NCBI GenBank assembly: GCA_026770705.1
Contig: JANJGN010000038.1
Coordinates: 7,564,001-7,628,000 of the forward strand
Source: Isurus oxyrinchus
Lineage: Eukaryota
DNA length: 64,000 nt
Direction of reading: 5' to 3'
Shown here piece after piece: positions 38,030-52,124 of the stretch. The notes beneath the pieces are model-generated. The model had not been told where the DNA came from. It searched no databases and saw only the letters and a program-made list of their open reading frames with translations. A program made the position numbers and the translations under genes. The first letter of the stretch is position 1. The number at the start of each line of letters is the position of its first letter.

Positions 38030-40170
38030 CTGTTGTATGGCACCTACCACCGTGCTCTTTGGGATTGATTTCCAACACATCTTGAAACTTCAAACTGGGC
38101 GTCATGAGGCAATGTGGACCATCAGCAGCAGTGGAATTCTATTCAACCGCAATGTATAATCTCGAGGCCCTGCAAATAGCCCACTGCACCACTACCGTCA
38201 AATCAGTGGATCCACTCTGGTTTAATGAAGAGTGGAGGAGGGCATGAGTTGGGCAGAATCAGGCAGGCCTAATGTAGAGGTGTCAACATGGCGAAGGGAG
38301 AACACAAGATACTTGATTGCCAAAGAGCAGAAACAGCACGCAAGCGAGAGAGGTAAGGGATCCCACAACCAACGTATCATATTGAAGGTCTGCAGTCCAG
38401 CCACATCCAGTCATAAAAGTGCTTAGATAAGTCAACAACTAACAAGACGATGAGAATTCATGAATATCCTCATCACCAATAATCGGTGGGCCCAAATCAT
38501 AAGTGCAAAATACAATGCTGAATAATTTGCAAACATATTCAGCTAGAAATGCCCAGTGGATGCCCAATTTCCCTGCTCTTGAGCTCAGCATCATCAGAAG
38601 AGCCAGTTTTCAGCCAAATGGATTCACGCTACTTCGTGAAGAATCTGCAGAAGGCGCTCGAAAATGCAAAAGGTTTCGGGCCCTGACAACATTCCAACAA
38701 TCGTGCTGAAATCTTTTCCTGCTTAATAAGCTGTACCCTTAGCCAAGCTGTTCCAGTGTATTTGGAACAGTGACATTTACCCTGCAAAGTAGAACATTGC
38801 CCTATTTTAGAGTGTGCACAAAAAGAAGGGACAAAACCAACACAGCCAGTTTTACCACGCCATCAGTTTACTCTTGGTTATCAACAATTTTATGGAAGGT
38901 GCTTTCAACTGTGTAATACAGAGGTGCTCGCTGACCCTCAGTTTGGGGTACATCATCGCTACTCAGCTCTGAACGCCATTGCAGTCTTGATCCAAATATG
39001 AACCAGAATTGAACTCAAGAGGTGAGAATGACTGCTGTGACGTCAGGGCATCATTTGACAGGGTGTGCCATTAAGGAGCCTAAAATAACTGTCGTCAATG
39101 GGAAAATGGTGAGACTCATACTTAGCAAAAAAGATCATTGTCATTTCTCAAGGTCAGTCATCTTGGTCCTAGGATATTCCTGCAGGAGTTCCTCGGGGTA
39201 GTGTCCTCGGACCAAAAATCTTCCCATGGTTCATCAATGACCTTCCTTCCATCATAAGGTCAGAAGTGGGGATGTTAGTGATGATTGTACAAGGTTCAAC
39301 ATGAATATCCGCACCATAGATACTGGAGCAGCTCGTGGCTTTGGGCAGCAAGAATAAGACAAAATCTACACTTGGGCTGATAAGTTGAAACTAACATTCG
39401 TTCGATACCATTATCAGGCAATGGTCATCTCCAGCATGAAAGAATCTGATCATTTCCATTTGACAATCAATGACATGACTATCACTGATTCCCCCCAATA
39501 TCAACATTGTGGGGATTACTATTGGACAGAACCTGAACTGTACCTTCCAGGTGAATAATGTGGCGAAAAGAGCAGTTCACAGACTAGGAACTCTGCAGTG
39601 AAAAGCTCACCTCATTACCCCCCAGGAACTGTCCACGATCTACAAAGCACAAGGCAAGAGTGTGATGTAATATTGTCCACTTGCCCAGATAGATGCAGCT
39701 CCAACAGCACTCAGGAAACGCAGCAATATCCAGGAAATGGTGCCCCCTTCAATGGCACCTTATCCACCGCCTTAAACATTAAGGCCCTCAGTCAGAGACA
39801 GATAGTGACCACAGTATGTACCACACAAAATGAACTTCAGCAACTCACAAAGCCTCCATCGACAGCACGATGCAATCACGTGACCTCTACCACGTTGAAG
39901 GACAAAGGTTGTAGATGAAATGGAACACCACCGACTGCAAGTTCCCCTCCAAACCACACGCCACCCTGACTTGGAAATATGTTGCCGTGCTATCAATGGT
40001 GCTGGCCCAAAGCCCTCTAACCGCCTTCCTGACATAAATGTTTTTACACGTAAACCATGTGGGCAACAGCATTTCATTAAGGCGGCGCATCACCACCTTT
40101 CAAGGGCAATTAGGGATGGTCAATAATAACTGGTGTAACCAGAGGCACCAACTTGCCATTAATAAATCAA
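38030..40170 (+). mobile_element. LINE fragment, duplicate of 21230-23365
   Basis: Colinear homology; 'gcaggagttcctcggggtagtgtcctcggacc'. Confidence 0.8.
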
Positions 40171-41134
40171 TAATTCCCAGCTGCTCCAAGTTCGGGACTT
40201 AGCTCTTGTTCCTTGTTGCACAACCGCCTATTCATCTCAAGCCGTGTTCCCACAGAATGTTGTTAAAAAATCTAAATGTATTGAATTATAACCCTCACTT
40301 TAGTAAATTGCTGACTGTTAATTCAACAAAATAATTATCAGAACATAGCTGCTAAGAATACTCAATCAATAAGAATATATGTGGACTGTGTTTAAGCATC
40401 TGAAATGCTGTAGAATAATTGGACGTAATAAATTTTCCGGATTATTTCCCAAGTTCTCTTTATCCACCAAAGCCTATGTTGCTCTAGTCAATTAAGTAGC
40501 TGCAATAATAAATGGGGGTTAATAAGCTCATTGTTCCATCGAATTGCATCTTTCGTTATTTCTATTTTTGATGTGTTAGAATTAATGATTTTTGCGGGTG
40601 AGTTTCATTAACCTAATAAATGGTGCAAACGGAAACTTGAACAAAGTGCATAAGCAAAACAATCGTTAGAAATAAAGGCGGGACACTCAGATTTTTTTTA
40701 AGAAAAACAACGGTGAATTTTAGAATCACACAGCTTATTTTATTATATTCCAAACCTTTGCATATACAGAGTATAAAATAGTGACTAAATAATAACATCA
40801 TAGCAACAATTTAAACAAAGATGAATATTAAATGTATTGTTGAGAACATGCAATCTCCACATGACTAGCAACGGGCATAAGTTCCCAACGTTTCTAACAT
40901 TTCATTTAGACAAATCACTGCAAAGATTGCAATTACAGATAAAGTCAACAAGGGATCTTGAGCCAATGCAGAACAACGAGGTAAAGGTGCTCATCAGCCA
41001 TGATCTAAATGAATGCAAAAAAACCATATCCGTATATATTTTAATTGTCACTCAACTTACGTCTTAATTGTTGAGAACATCAAATATCAGTGTTTGTATC
41101 TGAAATTGTATAATGGAGAGAATTCACCTTCTAA

Positions 41135-42595
41135 ATTTGGGCAACGATGTTTCATGGAAAGGGCTGTGGAATTGCAAGCTTTACACCCATGTTCAAAAAA
41201 GGTTGTAAGAATAAGCCCACAAATTACAGACCAGTCAGCCTAACTTCAGTGGTGGGCAAGATTCTAGAGAAAAAATTATTACGGATAGAATTAGCAGTCA
41301 CATACAAAAATAATGATTCATAAGTAAGAGCCAGCATGGATTTCTCAGGGGGAAATCGTGTTTAAAGAACTTGCTGGAGTTATTTGAAGAGGCAACAGAA
41401 AAGGTCAATGAGGGTAATGCTGTTGATGTGGTGTACATGGACTTTCAAAAGGCATTTGATACAGTGCCAAACAACAGATCTGTGAGAAATGTTATTGCTA
41501 ATGGAATAAAAGGGACAGTAACAACTTTGATCCAAAATTATGTGAAAAAAATAGGAGGCAGAGACTAATGGTCAATGGATATTTTGGTGGCTGGAGGGAG
41601 GTTTGCAGTGGAGTTCCCCAGGGGTCGGCATTGGTACGTTTGCTTGTCCTGAAATATATTAGCGATCTAAATCTTGGTGTGCAGGGGAGAATTTGAACGC
41701 TTGCAGATGATACTCAGCTTCGGAGTGTTGCAAACAGCGAGGGGGACAGTGCAGAACTTCAAGAGGAGATAGTCAAGTTGATGAACTGTGGAGGTAGGTG
41801 ATGAAATTTAACACAGAAAAGTGTGAAATGTATTTTATAGGATGAACATTTAAAGGCAGTATAAAATAAGGGATAAATTTTAAAGAGGATGCGGAGCAGA
41901 AAGACCTGGGGTGTATATGTGCATAGATAGTTGAATGTGGCAGGACAGGTGGAGAGAGCAGTTAATAAAGCAGATCGTACACTGGGCTTTGTTAATAGGG
42001 GCATAATGTACAGGTTAGCTGATTTTGTATACGGCACTCACTAGGCCTCAGCTGGTGTATTGTGTACAGTTCTGGGCGATAAATTATAGGAAAGGTGTGA
42101 ACTCATTGGAGACAGAGCAGAGGAGTTTTAAAAGAATTGATGAGAATCTTCAGCTATATGGATAGATTAAAGAGGTTGGGACCGTTTTCCTTGGAGAGAT
42201 GAAGGCTAAGAGGGGATTTGATAGAGATGTTCAAAATCACAACGAAACTGAATAGATTAGGTAAAGAGTAGCTTTTGCCGCCGTTAAAGGATAAAGAACG
42301 AGAGGACACAGACTTAAAGTGATTTGCAAATGAAGCAAATGCGATGTGAGAGAAAACGCTTTCACAAAACAATGGTTCGGGTCTGGAAGTTGCTGCCTGG
42401 GAGTATTGTGGAGGCAGGTTCAGTGGAGGTTCAAGAGAGCATCGGATATTTATTTGAATAGAAACAATAGGCAGGGGTACAGGGAAGAGGCAGGACAATG
42501 ACAATAGTTCGTTATGCTCATTTGGGGATCCGGTGCAGGCACGATGGGCCGAATGGCCTCCTTCTGTGCCATTATGATTTTGTGATTCAGTGATA
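41135..42595 (+). mobile_element. CR1 fragment, duplicate of 24330-25790
   Basis: LLELFEEAT..VNEGNAVDVVYMDFQKAFDTVP; CR1 tail. Confidence 0.85.
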
Positions 42596-43411
42596 TGGTT
42601 TCTCCCTTCTTGTGCCCTTAACGATTTTCTTCAAAAATGTTTAAAAAATTGGCCAGAAATAGATCTTCAGAGGAATTGATTTGGAGGCATCAGCGATCTC
42701 AGAGCAAGAAACTTCCAGAGGAATCCACAAACATGTGTTGAAACAAGGGTTTTGTTTTTAAAAATATTTTTCAGGAATCTGTGTAGCTAACAATCAGTCA
42801 GGTCTGCCTTTAGTTTCCATTGGGTCTCTACAAGGATGTAAGCCCGTGCGACTGTGCCTGAAAATAATGTCTCTGTTACTCGCATGGCGCTGGTAAGCAA
42901 AGATGCAATGCTGTGCTCCTCTGGGAGCTGTATGTGAGATATGCACAAAACGTTTTTAAAATTTCCTCAGTTATGCAACACTAATTAAATCATTTCCATA
43001 TTCAGATATGGTCTATTAACAATTCTGGAACATTTGCCAGTGGAGAAAGTCTTTCCTTAACAAAATGGGATTTTCAGTATAAGCCGTGACCAGATGAATG
43101 CTTAGTATTGCTGCATATCTTCTTTCAACAATGTATTTTTGGTATTATTCACATACGTGTTTTCATTTCCTATAGGGAATGCTTTGATCTTCTGTAACAG
43201 CCAGCGAGCCTTAACTCATCCTAGGACAAGGGCAGGTTCGACAAGCCTGGTGGGTTGTCTGCGAGCTCACGGACGTGGTAAGGGCGTTTTTCTTGTTAAT
43301 TTTCAAATTCAAATTGTCATGAAATATTCAACAAATGATTGAGACAGGAAACAAACATACTATTTCAAAAGTAGTACTAACACATAGCGGCATTCAATGT
43401 TTTCTTCTCAA

Positions 43412-43417
43412 TTTATT
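43412..43417 (-). terminator. PolyA signal for membrane-form mRNA
   Basis: AATAAA about 280 nt downstream of the TM2 stop. Confidence 0.65.
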
Positions 43418-43698
43418 TTAATTGATTCTGTGGGATTTGCTGAACATACAGGGTTGTTGTAATGATGCACAATTCTATTTAGCTCTGCTGCTTAAGAAAG
43501 AAAGTGTTAATTTATGAGCTAATAGAAGCAAATTAAGCAGAGTTGCCACGGATTGGCTGAGACTATTGTGCAACCACAAGGTGAAGTGGTGTAATGGAGC
43601 AGCTGCTAACGCTGATAGACTCACACAATCCGGCCCCAAGGGATCTTCGTCAACAAGCTTTGAAGAGAAAGCTGAAGTGACCACTGGTCAAGCAGTTG

Positions 43699-43707
43699 CT
43701 ATTTCAC
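43699..43707 (-). CDS. IgW: Ig heavy chain TM2 exon (VK-stop), proximal copy
   Basis: 'tttttttcactgcag|GTG AAA TAG'; phase 0 matches the TM1 end (AAG|gt) and gives the canonical KVK cytoplasmic tail. Confidence 0.88.
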   Translation of the reverse strand: MK

Positions 43708-44902
43708 CTGCAGTGAAAAAAAGCATAGCATTAAAACTAGTGAGTACCGCAATGAGAAAAATGATGTGCAATTCAACTGACAAGTCCGGGGTATACAACA
43801 ACAACAATACTATGCATAACTATCGTGAAAGATAAGGAGCTTTACGGGTTTGGGTCATTACCCCCCACAATCGACATTCAGGACCCCACGTGCAGATAAT
43901 CTCATTTGCCGTGTGTCTTCTCGATCTTATAAATGAAAAGTGAATTATTTGTTACCTGATTTTAAATACTCCACAATAATTATATAACTTTCGGAAACAA
44001 ATGTGACGAATCAATGCTTGATCCCTAGCGCACCAAATGTACTCCATCTGCAGTTCCATTGATCTGAACATTGCATTCCAAATGAGATTTGAACGATGGT
44101 CTTTAAAAAAAAAATGCTGCTTAATCAATATGTTTGGACCAGGGAAATGCCATCGCATCAGTATTTTGATCACCCGGTACCTTTCCCTTAAATATTGACC
44201 TGGTCAACATTTTTTTGTTGTTCCTGTGTATCTGTTCAGAGCTTTCCCATTTCCACATTATTACCGTTGACTATTCCTACGCATCTAAATCAGGTCCTCA
44301 CATAGTTTATACGTGCACACAAATTGTCATTCATTTACCCGCAAGCTAAATTAAACTGCTTTTTATTGTAATGCCATTTTCTGTTCAAAGTCTAATGCAC
44401 CCTCTCGGTTAGTATTGTCAGTGATTGTATATATACTCTCCTCTGTTCCTTCGAATTCCAGTGAATTGCTTTGCAGTATAATCTCACAAGGTGAGTAAGT
44501 ATATGCATTCCCATTTTAATATCATGGATCATGACGTAAGGTTTAGAAAATACGTTGATGTTACATGAACAATATTGTAGCTGAATGGTTAAACCTACTG
44601 AAGTTTTGGGAGGAGAGAAGTACAGTTGGTTGAAGTATAGAATGTGATCGACAGTATTGTCAGAGAGGATGGGAATGCTGAAAACAACATTGTTGTTAGT
44701 TTCTGTTTGTAATCACTACCTAATAAGCGAATGTTCGCAATCTACATTGTAAATGTGCATTTATGAATTTACAACGCCATGGGGGAAATAAGGACTGAGT
44801 AAATGACTTTGGAATGTGAACTGAATAATATCCTTGCTCTAATAATCCTTTGCTTTCTACATGTGAAAGCATTAGTTGCTCCCGATGCTCCCTGTGGAAT
44901 GC

Positions 44903-45083
44903 NNNNNNNNNNNNNNNNNNNNNNNNNNNNNNNNNNNNNNNNNNNNNNNNNNNNNNNNNNNNNNNNNNNNNNNNNNNNNNNNNNNNNNNNNNNNNNNNNN
45001 NNNNNNNNNNNNNNNNNNNNNNNNNNNNNNNNNNNNNNNNNNNNNNNNNNNNNNNNNNNNNNNNNNNNNNNNNNNNNNNNNNN
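44903..45083. other. Assembly gap (181 N)
   Basis: Run of N; the flanks match the flanks of the (TG)n tract at 28081-28143. Confidence 0.99.
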
Positions 45084-45919
45084 AATACATACAGATATAA
45101 ACAGATAGATGGCTGGGAGATGGTTAGTTGGAAAGAGATGGAAAGCTAGAAAGATGAGTGAAACATATCAAGTGTGAGAGAGAAACTTAAAAATGTTCAC
45201 ACTTGAAGGTGTAAGTTTTCAGATTTTGATGTTTATCAACTTGTTTAATTTCAGACATATCCATTGTCTCCAACTCTACCAAAATGTCGCTCTCCTACTG
45301 GATTATACAGAGGGGTATAAAACCACGTGCAATCTATGGAATAAGTCTTTATTCAAAATTATAGATAAATAAGCAGATAGACAGTTGGAAAATCATTATA
45401 GATAAGTGAGAGAAATATTGAGTAAAAAAGGAAAAACCGAATTTATGGAGCGCTATTACGACCTCAGAACGTCCAGCACGCTTTCTGGCCAGTGAAATCC
45501 TCCTGAGCTGTAATCAGTTTTGTAATGTATGGAACGTGGCAGTCCATTTCCACACAGTAATCTACCAGAAAGCTCAATGTGATAATGACCTGATAATCTG
45601 CTTTCCATGATGTTTATTGAGTGATTTGTTTACCAGAGCACTGGGGAGAACTTCCTTGCCCTTCTTCGAAATAATGTCATAGGATCGTTTGCTTCTGACT
45701 GAGTAAGCAAACGGGACTTCGGTTCACAGTTCCACAGTAGAGAGCACCAAAATTTCCCGGATCAATATTCATAAATAAACATCATGTTTCCAACATGAAT
45801 AAAATAATAAACATGAGTAAGGTACAATGGAACTCAAACAACTCGTGCACATTAACCGAGGAGCAGTTGGAGTTACTGCGGGCCTCAGAATCTCCTGAAG
45901 TGCATTAATTACAGGAGGT

Positions 45920-48900
45920 TGTCATCCTGCCGATCCAGTGTTCAGGATGTTTGTAAATGGTTGGCCATCCGATAGGTTAAGGAAATGCTCACAGTGCAGG
46001 AATCCTCCAGGGTTATTACATATTCAAATCAGTTTGCAGGGCTTTGAGTAGAGCTGTCTAGTAATCATCCACGTGACTATGGGCGAGATTGAAACACGTC
46101 AGTGAATCACAAAGTGGAGGATTGCAGTTTGTTAGGAAACCTGATATTCCACAGAATTGGCCGGCGTTTCTGCCACCACCAACATGAGTTACACTTTACC
46201 TCAATTGTGCCAAAGTCAGTAACATCATTGAGTGGATGAAGAAGATTTTGAGAAGGAAAGGAAAATGACCAAATATCACTGTCCATGTTTCAACCAATGA
46301 TACAGGTAGGGAAAGGATTGAGGTAGACCGAAATAGTTTCAGCACCTAGCGCACAACCTTCATGTTGGCAATCCCCCGATTATCCCCAGTGCTACAGAAC
46401 AGTTAGTGCAAGAGCAGCAACATAAATCAGGTTAATGTACGAGTGGCGAAACTGTTCAGAAGATGCTTCAAAATATGGGGCCAGTGGGGCCATTTGAGGG
46501 GTTGCTGGGACCTGAACAAGGTGGACACCTTGCACACAATGAGGACTGGAATCAATGCCGTCGCAGAAATAATAACCAAATCGTGGCGGAGGGTTTAAAT
46601 GAGAATGGCAGAGGTGGTCCATTCCCCACCAGCAGATGAAGAATTAGAGGGCAGAGAAAAGTTGCAGAGAGCGTAAATACACAAACTGGATTTGATTGAA
46701 GTACAGCTCCGAGTTAGAAGGGTTAATAAAAGAAGAATTGCAAAACAATCCACGATCACGTTGTGTCCATGTGTGTTAATTCCCGGTAAATTTTAATTAA
46801 CATCATTGGGCTGCAGGCACGAGAGGCCATATAGTATTATGTTGTAACGGCAATAACAGAGAACTAGGTGAGATGAAGGAAGAAATAACAATTTTGTGAT
46901 CATGTCGACAATGCTTTGAGGTAAGATGAGGAAGGGAAAAAGGAGGGAGGGTGGTACTTTTATCAAATATATTTTTTAAGTACGAGAAAGTGTTGGTGCA
47001 CTTGAGAGTTCAAACACGGAATTTGTTTCAGTGGAACTGATGAATAGCAGAAAAGACTATTAGGTGCTAGGTGTATACTATGGACCACAACATAGTGGGG
47101 AGGAAATGGAGGAGCAAAACTACAGGAACATCACAGAAATTTGCGAGGCATTCAGCGCATTGGCGATAGGGGGCATCATTTATTATATGAGGCTGAATGA
47201 AACAGTATCAAACAAAAAGACATGGAGGAACTCCTGCAATGTAGAGAAGATAGTTCTCGTGGTCACTGTGTTTTACCTCCCAGCAAGGAAGGAAGCGGTG
47301 GCGAATCTAGTTCTAAGGAATTAAATGAATCATGTAGCAGACGGAGATAATATGGGAAACGACTGATAATATTATTATGTTTAAAGTACATATGGATTCG
47401 TAGGACTAATCATTTGTGAAAATATTCAACGGAGGTGGCGTTAATTTCGTTGAATGGAAAGGTGACGTGCTCCAAATGGATTGAAATGAAAGACTGAAAG
47501 CAAAACACTAAATTAACAAAAGGAGGCTCTCTGAGTGATGAAAGTTTATTTTCATAAAGCAGACAAAGGGAGTGATAAGAGATCATGTAAAAGTGGCAAA
47601 GAGCATTTCGCAATAGATTATCTGGTAACAGAGAGGTGAGTCTAAACCTCTGTTCTAAACTTGTAAAGAGAAAACGTGTAGCCAAAGTAAGAGTGATCCG
47701 ATTAGAAAGTGAAAGGTAACTCTGTTCTGGAGGCAGAGGGAGCGACTTTGGGACTAAGTTAATACTTTGCATATGTCTTCAGGGAAGAAGATAACGCTGC
47801 AAATGTTACAATCAGGAGGTGACACTGGAAAGACAAAACAGAGAGGAGAAACACAGATGCAGGGGAAGAAGATAATGTTCTGCCAGAGCGCAAAGTGAAA
47901 AATTCACCCAGCTGGATGGGATACATCCGAAACAGATTAGTGAAGTAGGATTACAATTACAGATAGTCTGGACACAACGTTCCAGTTCTGCTTTGATATG
48001 GGTCTAGTTACAGGGGAATGGGAGCTTATCAATGACACGCCCTGTCCAAAAATAGGATAACATTATGCAGTTGACCTACACGTCAGCTCCCCTCGCGCCA
48101 GAGGGGGGGAATATTCCACCAACTATGGATCGGTATTGCCTCCAGTTCTGACCACTACCCTGCAGGATGTAAAGGCTTAGTGACAACAGCAATGAGAATT
48201 ACTGGAATGGCATCAGGAATAAAAATGTCAGTTATGTATTGGCACTGGAAAACCTGGTATATTGAGATATAAACTATTATGAGTAGATTTTAGTAAATAA
48301 TGGAAAGAGCTTCCAGTGTTAGAATAGTCAGCTAATTATCTCTGCAAGGGAGTCCTCTGAATTGGGATGTAGATTTTTTGTGATGCTTGTCAGTGGTTTG
48401 TGAAGACGGAATAGAGAGCCATACATCTCAGTTAGCTGACAATGCTAACTTAAGCAGCACAGCAAAGAGCAGAAAGTCACAAACGGTCTTCCTAATATTA
48501 AATCAATGGGGGATTGGGGTAGGCTCTGCACAATGATAGGTAAATTTGCCTGTGGAAACCTGAGATCATCTAGTCTGAAACTAAGGAAGATATACGATTG
48601 CTTTTTTCTAACAATGAGACGATTAAAACTATAGAACATCTGGAATAATTAGCTTTACAACTACAGAAATGCTTAAAGTTAGTGGGAAAGAAATACAAAT
48701 AAGTAAAGAAGCAAATGGACAGTTTGCTTTAATCCCAGGCGTGGGGCAGGTGGAATACAAAGCAGTAGACCTATTTTCTCTGTTGTACAAAGCTTTCGTT
48801 ACTGTGTTCGGTTCTGGGAAGCCCACATCAGGAAGTGCGTGCAGGGATGGAACAGGGATTCACCAGAAAGACACCGGTTATAAAACGGTTAAAATTATGC

Positions 48901-49290
48901 TAACATGATCTTCACATTTGGATTGTGTTGCCTTGAATATTACAGGATGAACTACTTTAGTTGCTTAAATAATTACTTGGTATGGCTGTTAATATAGTAA
49001 TAATTTAAAAACAAAAATCTACCATATGCCAACAACATGAAAAAAAAAACTTAAAAGTAGATTTGGCTACTTCAGGGACAAATCGAGGGAGCACTTCTTT
49101 ACACATTGGCTGGACACAATCTAAGACTTTCCCCACAGCCTAAAAGGAAATTAAAATGTCGAGGTTGGATTCCAATTTAACTGCGTTTGACAGAGCTTTG
49201 TTAGTTAGGCATATTAATAAACATGACGGCAAGGTATGCTTAATTCGCTAAAACACAGATCAGCCACTATCTGAATGAATGAAGGAGGAT
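45920..49290 (+). mobile_element. Old CR1, duplicate of 29000-32420
   Basis: Colinear homology; LGVYYGPQHS at 47064. Confidence 0.65.
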
Positions 49291-49699
49291 GGTGAGCGCC
49301 ACAAACTTCCCTTTGTCTTCTTCTTGACATAATCTTTCCTCTTCGGTTTAATCCTAACCTTAACTGTTGTCATTTGCTAAAATTGAAGCCCAGATCTATA
49401 GTTCATTTTTCTATGATTGTGGATTTTTGTGCCAACCAACCTTAGTATTGTATTATTTGCTTATCGATTGAAAACCTAACATTTTCTTCATTCCTTCCGT
49501 AGTCAATTCCCTTCTCACCTGTTAACAATGTTCCTGTTTGGTAATCTTCCATAGTCAATGTTTGTTTTCATCTCTCCAACGGCCACATCACCTCCTATTC
49601 TTCCTTAGTGACTGCTTTCCTCATCTCTCCACAGTGATCCATTTCCCATCATTTCATATGTTACACTATCCTAATCATTTCACAGTGATTCACCTCACA

Positions 49700-51394
49700 A
49701 CCATAAGACCATAAGACATAGGAGCAGAAATTAGGCCACTCGGCCTATTGAGTCTGCTCCGCCATTCAATCTTGGCTGATAAGTTTCTCAACCATTTCTC
49801 CCGCCTTCTCCCTGCAACCTTTGATCAGCTTACCAATCAAGAACCTATCTATCTCGGTCTTAAATACACTGAATGACCTGGCCTCCACAACCTTCTGTGG
49901 CAATGAATTCCATAGATTCACCACTCTCTGGCTAAAGTAGTTTCTCCTCATCTCTGTTCTGACAGGTCTTCCCTTTACTCTGAGGCTGTGCCCTCGGGTC
50001 CTAGTCTCTCCTACTAATGGAAACATCCTCCGCACGTTCACTCTATCCAGGCCTTTCAGTATTCTGTAAGTTTCAATCAGATCCCCCCTCATCCTGCTGA
50101 ACTCTATAGAGTATAGACCCAGAGACCTCTAATATTCCGCATATGTTAAGCCTTTCATTCCTGGGATCATTTTTGTTAACCTCCTCTGGGCCCTCTCCAG
50201 GGCCAGCACATCCTTCTTGAGATACAGCGCCAAAAATTGCTCAAAATGTTCTAAATGTGGTCTGACCAGAGCGTTATGAAGCCTCAGCAGCACATCCTTG
50301 CTTTTATATTCTAGTCCTCTCAAAATAAATGCCAACATTGCAATTGCCTTATTAACTACGCACTCAACCGGCAAGTTAACCTTAAGAAAATCCCTTTGCA
50401 CTCCAGATTTCTGAATTCTCTCCCCATTTAGAAAATAGTCTATGCCTCTATTCTTCCTACCAAAGTGCATGACCTCGCGCTTCCCCACGTTGTATTCTAT
50501 CTGCCACTTCTTTGCCATTCTCCTAACCTGTCCAAATCCTTCTGCAGCCTCCCCGCCTCCTCAATACTACCTGTCCCTCCATCTATCTTTGTATTATCTG
50601 GAAACCTAGCCAGGATGCCCTCAGTTCCTTCATCGAGTTCATTAATGTATAAAGTGAAAAGTTGTGGTCACAACACTGACCCCTGTGGAACTCCACTAGT
50701 CACCGGCCATCATCCTGAGAAGGATCCCCTTATCCCCACTCTCTGCCTCCTGCCAGACAGCCATCTTCTATCCATGCTAGTAGCTTGCCTCTAACAGCAT
50801 GGGCTTTTATCTTACTGAGCAGCCTCCTGTGCGGCACCTTGTCAAAGGCCTTCTGGAAGTCCAAGTAGATAACATCCATTGGCTCTCCTTTGTCTAACCT
50901 ACTCGTTACAACCTCAAAGAATTCTAACAGATTTGTCAGGCATGACCTCCCCTTGATGAAACCATACTGACTTTGCCCTTTTACCATGCACTTCCAAGTA
51001 TTCTGAAATCTCAACCTTTATATTGGGCTCTAAAATCTTACCAATGACCGAGGTCAGGCTAATCGGCCTGTAATCTCCCATCTTTCGCGTCATTCCCTTC
51101 TTAAACAGAGGGCTTACATTTGCAATTTTCCAGTCCTCTGGGACCCTCCCTGACTCGAGTGGTTCCTGAAAGATCACGAACAACCGCCTCCACTGTCTCT
51201 TCAGCTATCTCCTTCAGAATTCTTTTGTGTAATCCATCTGGTCCAGGACATTTATCCACCTTCAGAACTTTCAGTTTTCCAAGCACCTTCTCCTTGGTAA
51301 TGGCAACATACTCACCTCTGCACCCCCCCCCACCCCCCCCACCCTCCGACTCTCTTGAACTTTGGGGAGGTTACTCGTGTCTTCCACTGTGAAG
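49700..51394 (-). mobile_element. Younger CR1 LINE (5'-truncated), present only in unit B
   Basis: GPDGLH.RILKE, VPEDWKIANV, YRPISLTS, YLDFQKAFDKVPH, MRGDLIETYRIL; (TCTTATGG)n 3' tail; flanked by ACA/ACA. The empty site is at ~32822 in unit A. Confidence 0.93.
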
Positions 51395-51966
51395 ACATCA
51401 TTGTGAGCTAGAGCTTTCCTCAACCCCACTGTATCCCACCTCCCAGCAATCATAATAAGTGATTTTCTCATCTATTCACATTGATCCATCAACCATCAAT
51501 TTGCAATCAATACTTTCTTCAACTCTTTACAGTGATCCAGGTTTACATGCAAATGCTTTGCTTGTGCTTTCCCCTTTCTCTCAGACAAAACTTCGCATGA
51601 CTTCAGAAACCTCATGCTCAATACACGAGATTTGTCATCACATCACCAATTGTTTCTGATCATTAGCTTAAAGATCCAGAATCTAGAAACAATGCACCTT
51701 TTTTCATTATTAACATATTCCGCTCCTTAATGTGGCAATAATATTACTATGCATTAGGTCTTCTCCTCAATCTTCTGAATAGGGAGGCTTATAAAATATG
51801 TAGATGGAAATTAGTAATGAAACTCAACCTGACACTGTGGGAAAGGTTGAAATTATGCAAATATTGAAATCTTTAGTTCATCTGTATCTTTGCTATATCT
51901 CAGTAAGAAGCTCAACTGCTGAATAAATTTACACATTTTCTCAATACTACTGTGAGCCATCTTTAC

Positions 51967-52124
51967 CTTAAGGACTGTCACGTACGAGCTGTATATCATA
52001 CTTAGAATGAACAAAGTGACGAAAGCGACTACTGTTGATGCAGTGCCTACATCCTCATCGAAGTTTTCTAATCCGTCTTCCTCTACTAATTGGTCGTCCA
52101 TACCTTCCATTATTTGAGGGAGTT
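51967..52124 (-). CDS. IgW: Ig heavy chain TM1 exon (acidic spacer and transmembrane helix), proximal intact copy
   Basis: ttctag| acceptor and AAG|gtaaag donor; 158 nt, phase 1 to 0. Encodes ELPQIMEGMDDQLVEEDGLENFDEDVGTASTVVAFVTLFILSMIYSSYVTVLK, with the conserved antigen-receptor TM pattern F..LF.LS..YS..VT..K. Confidence 0.93.
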
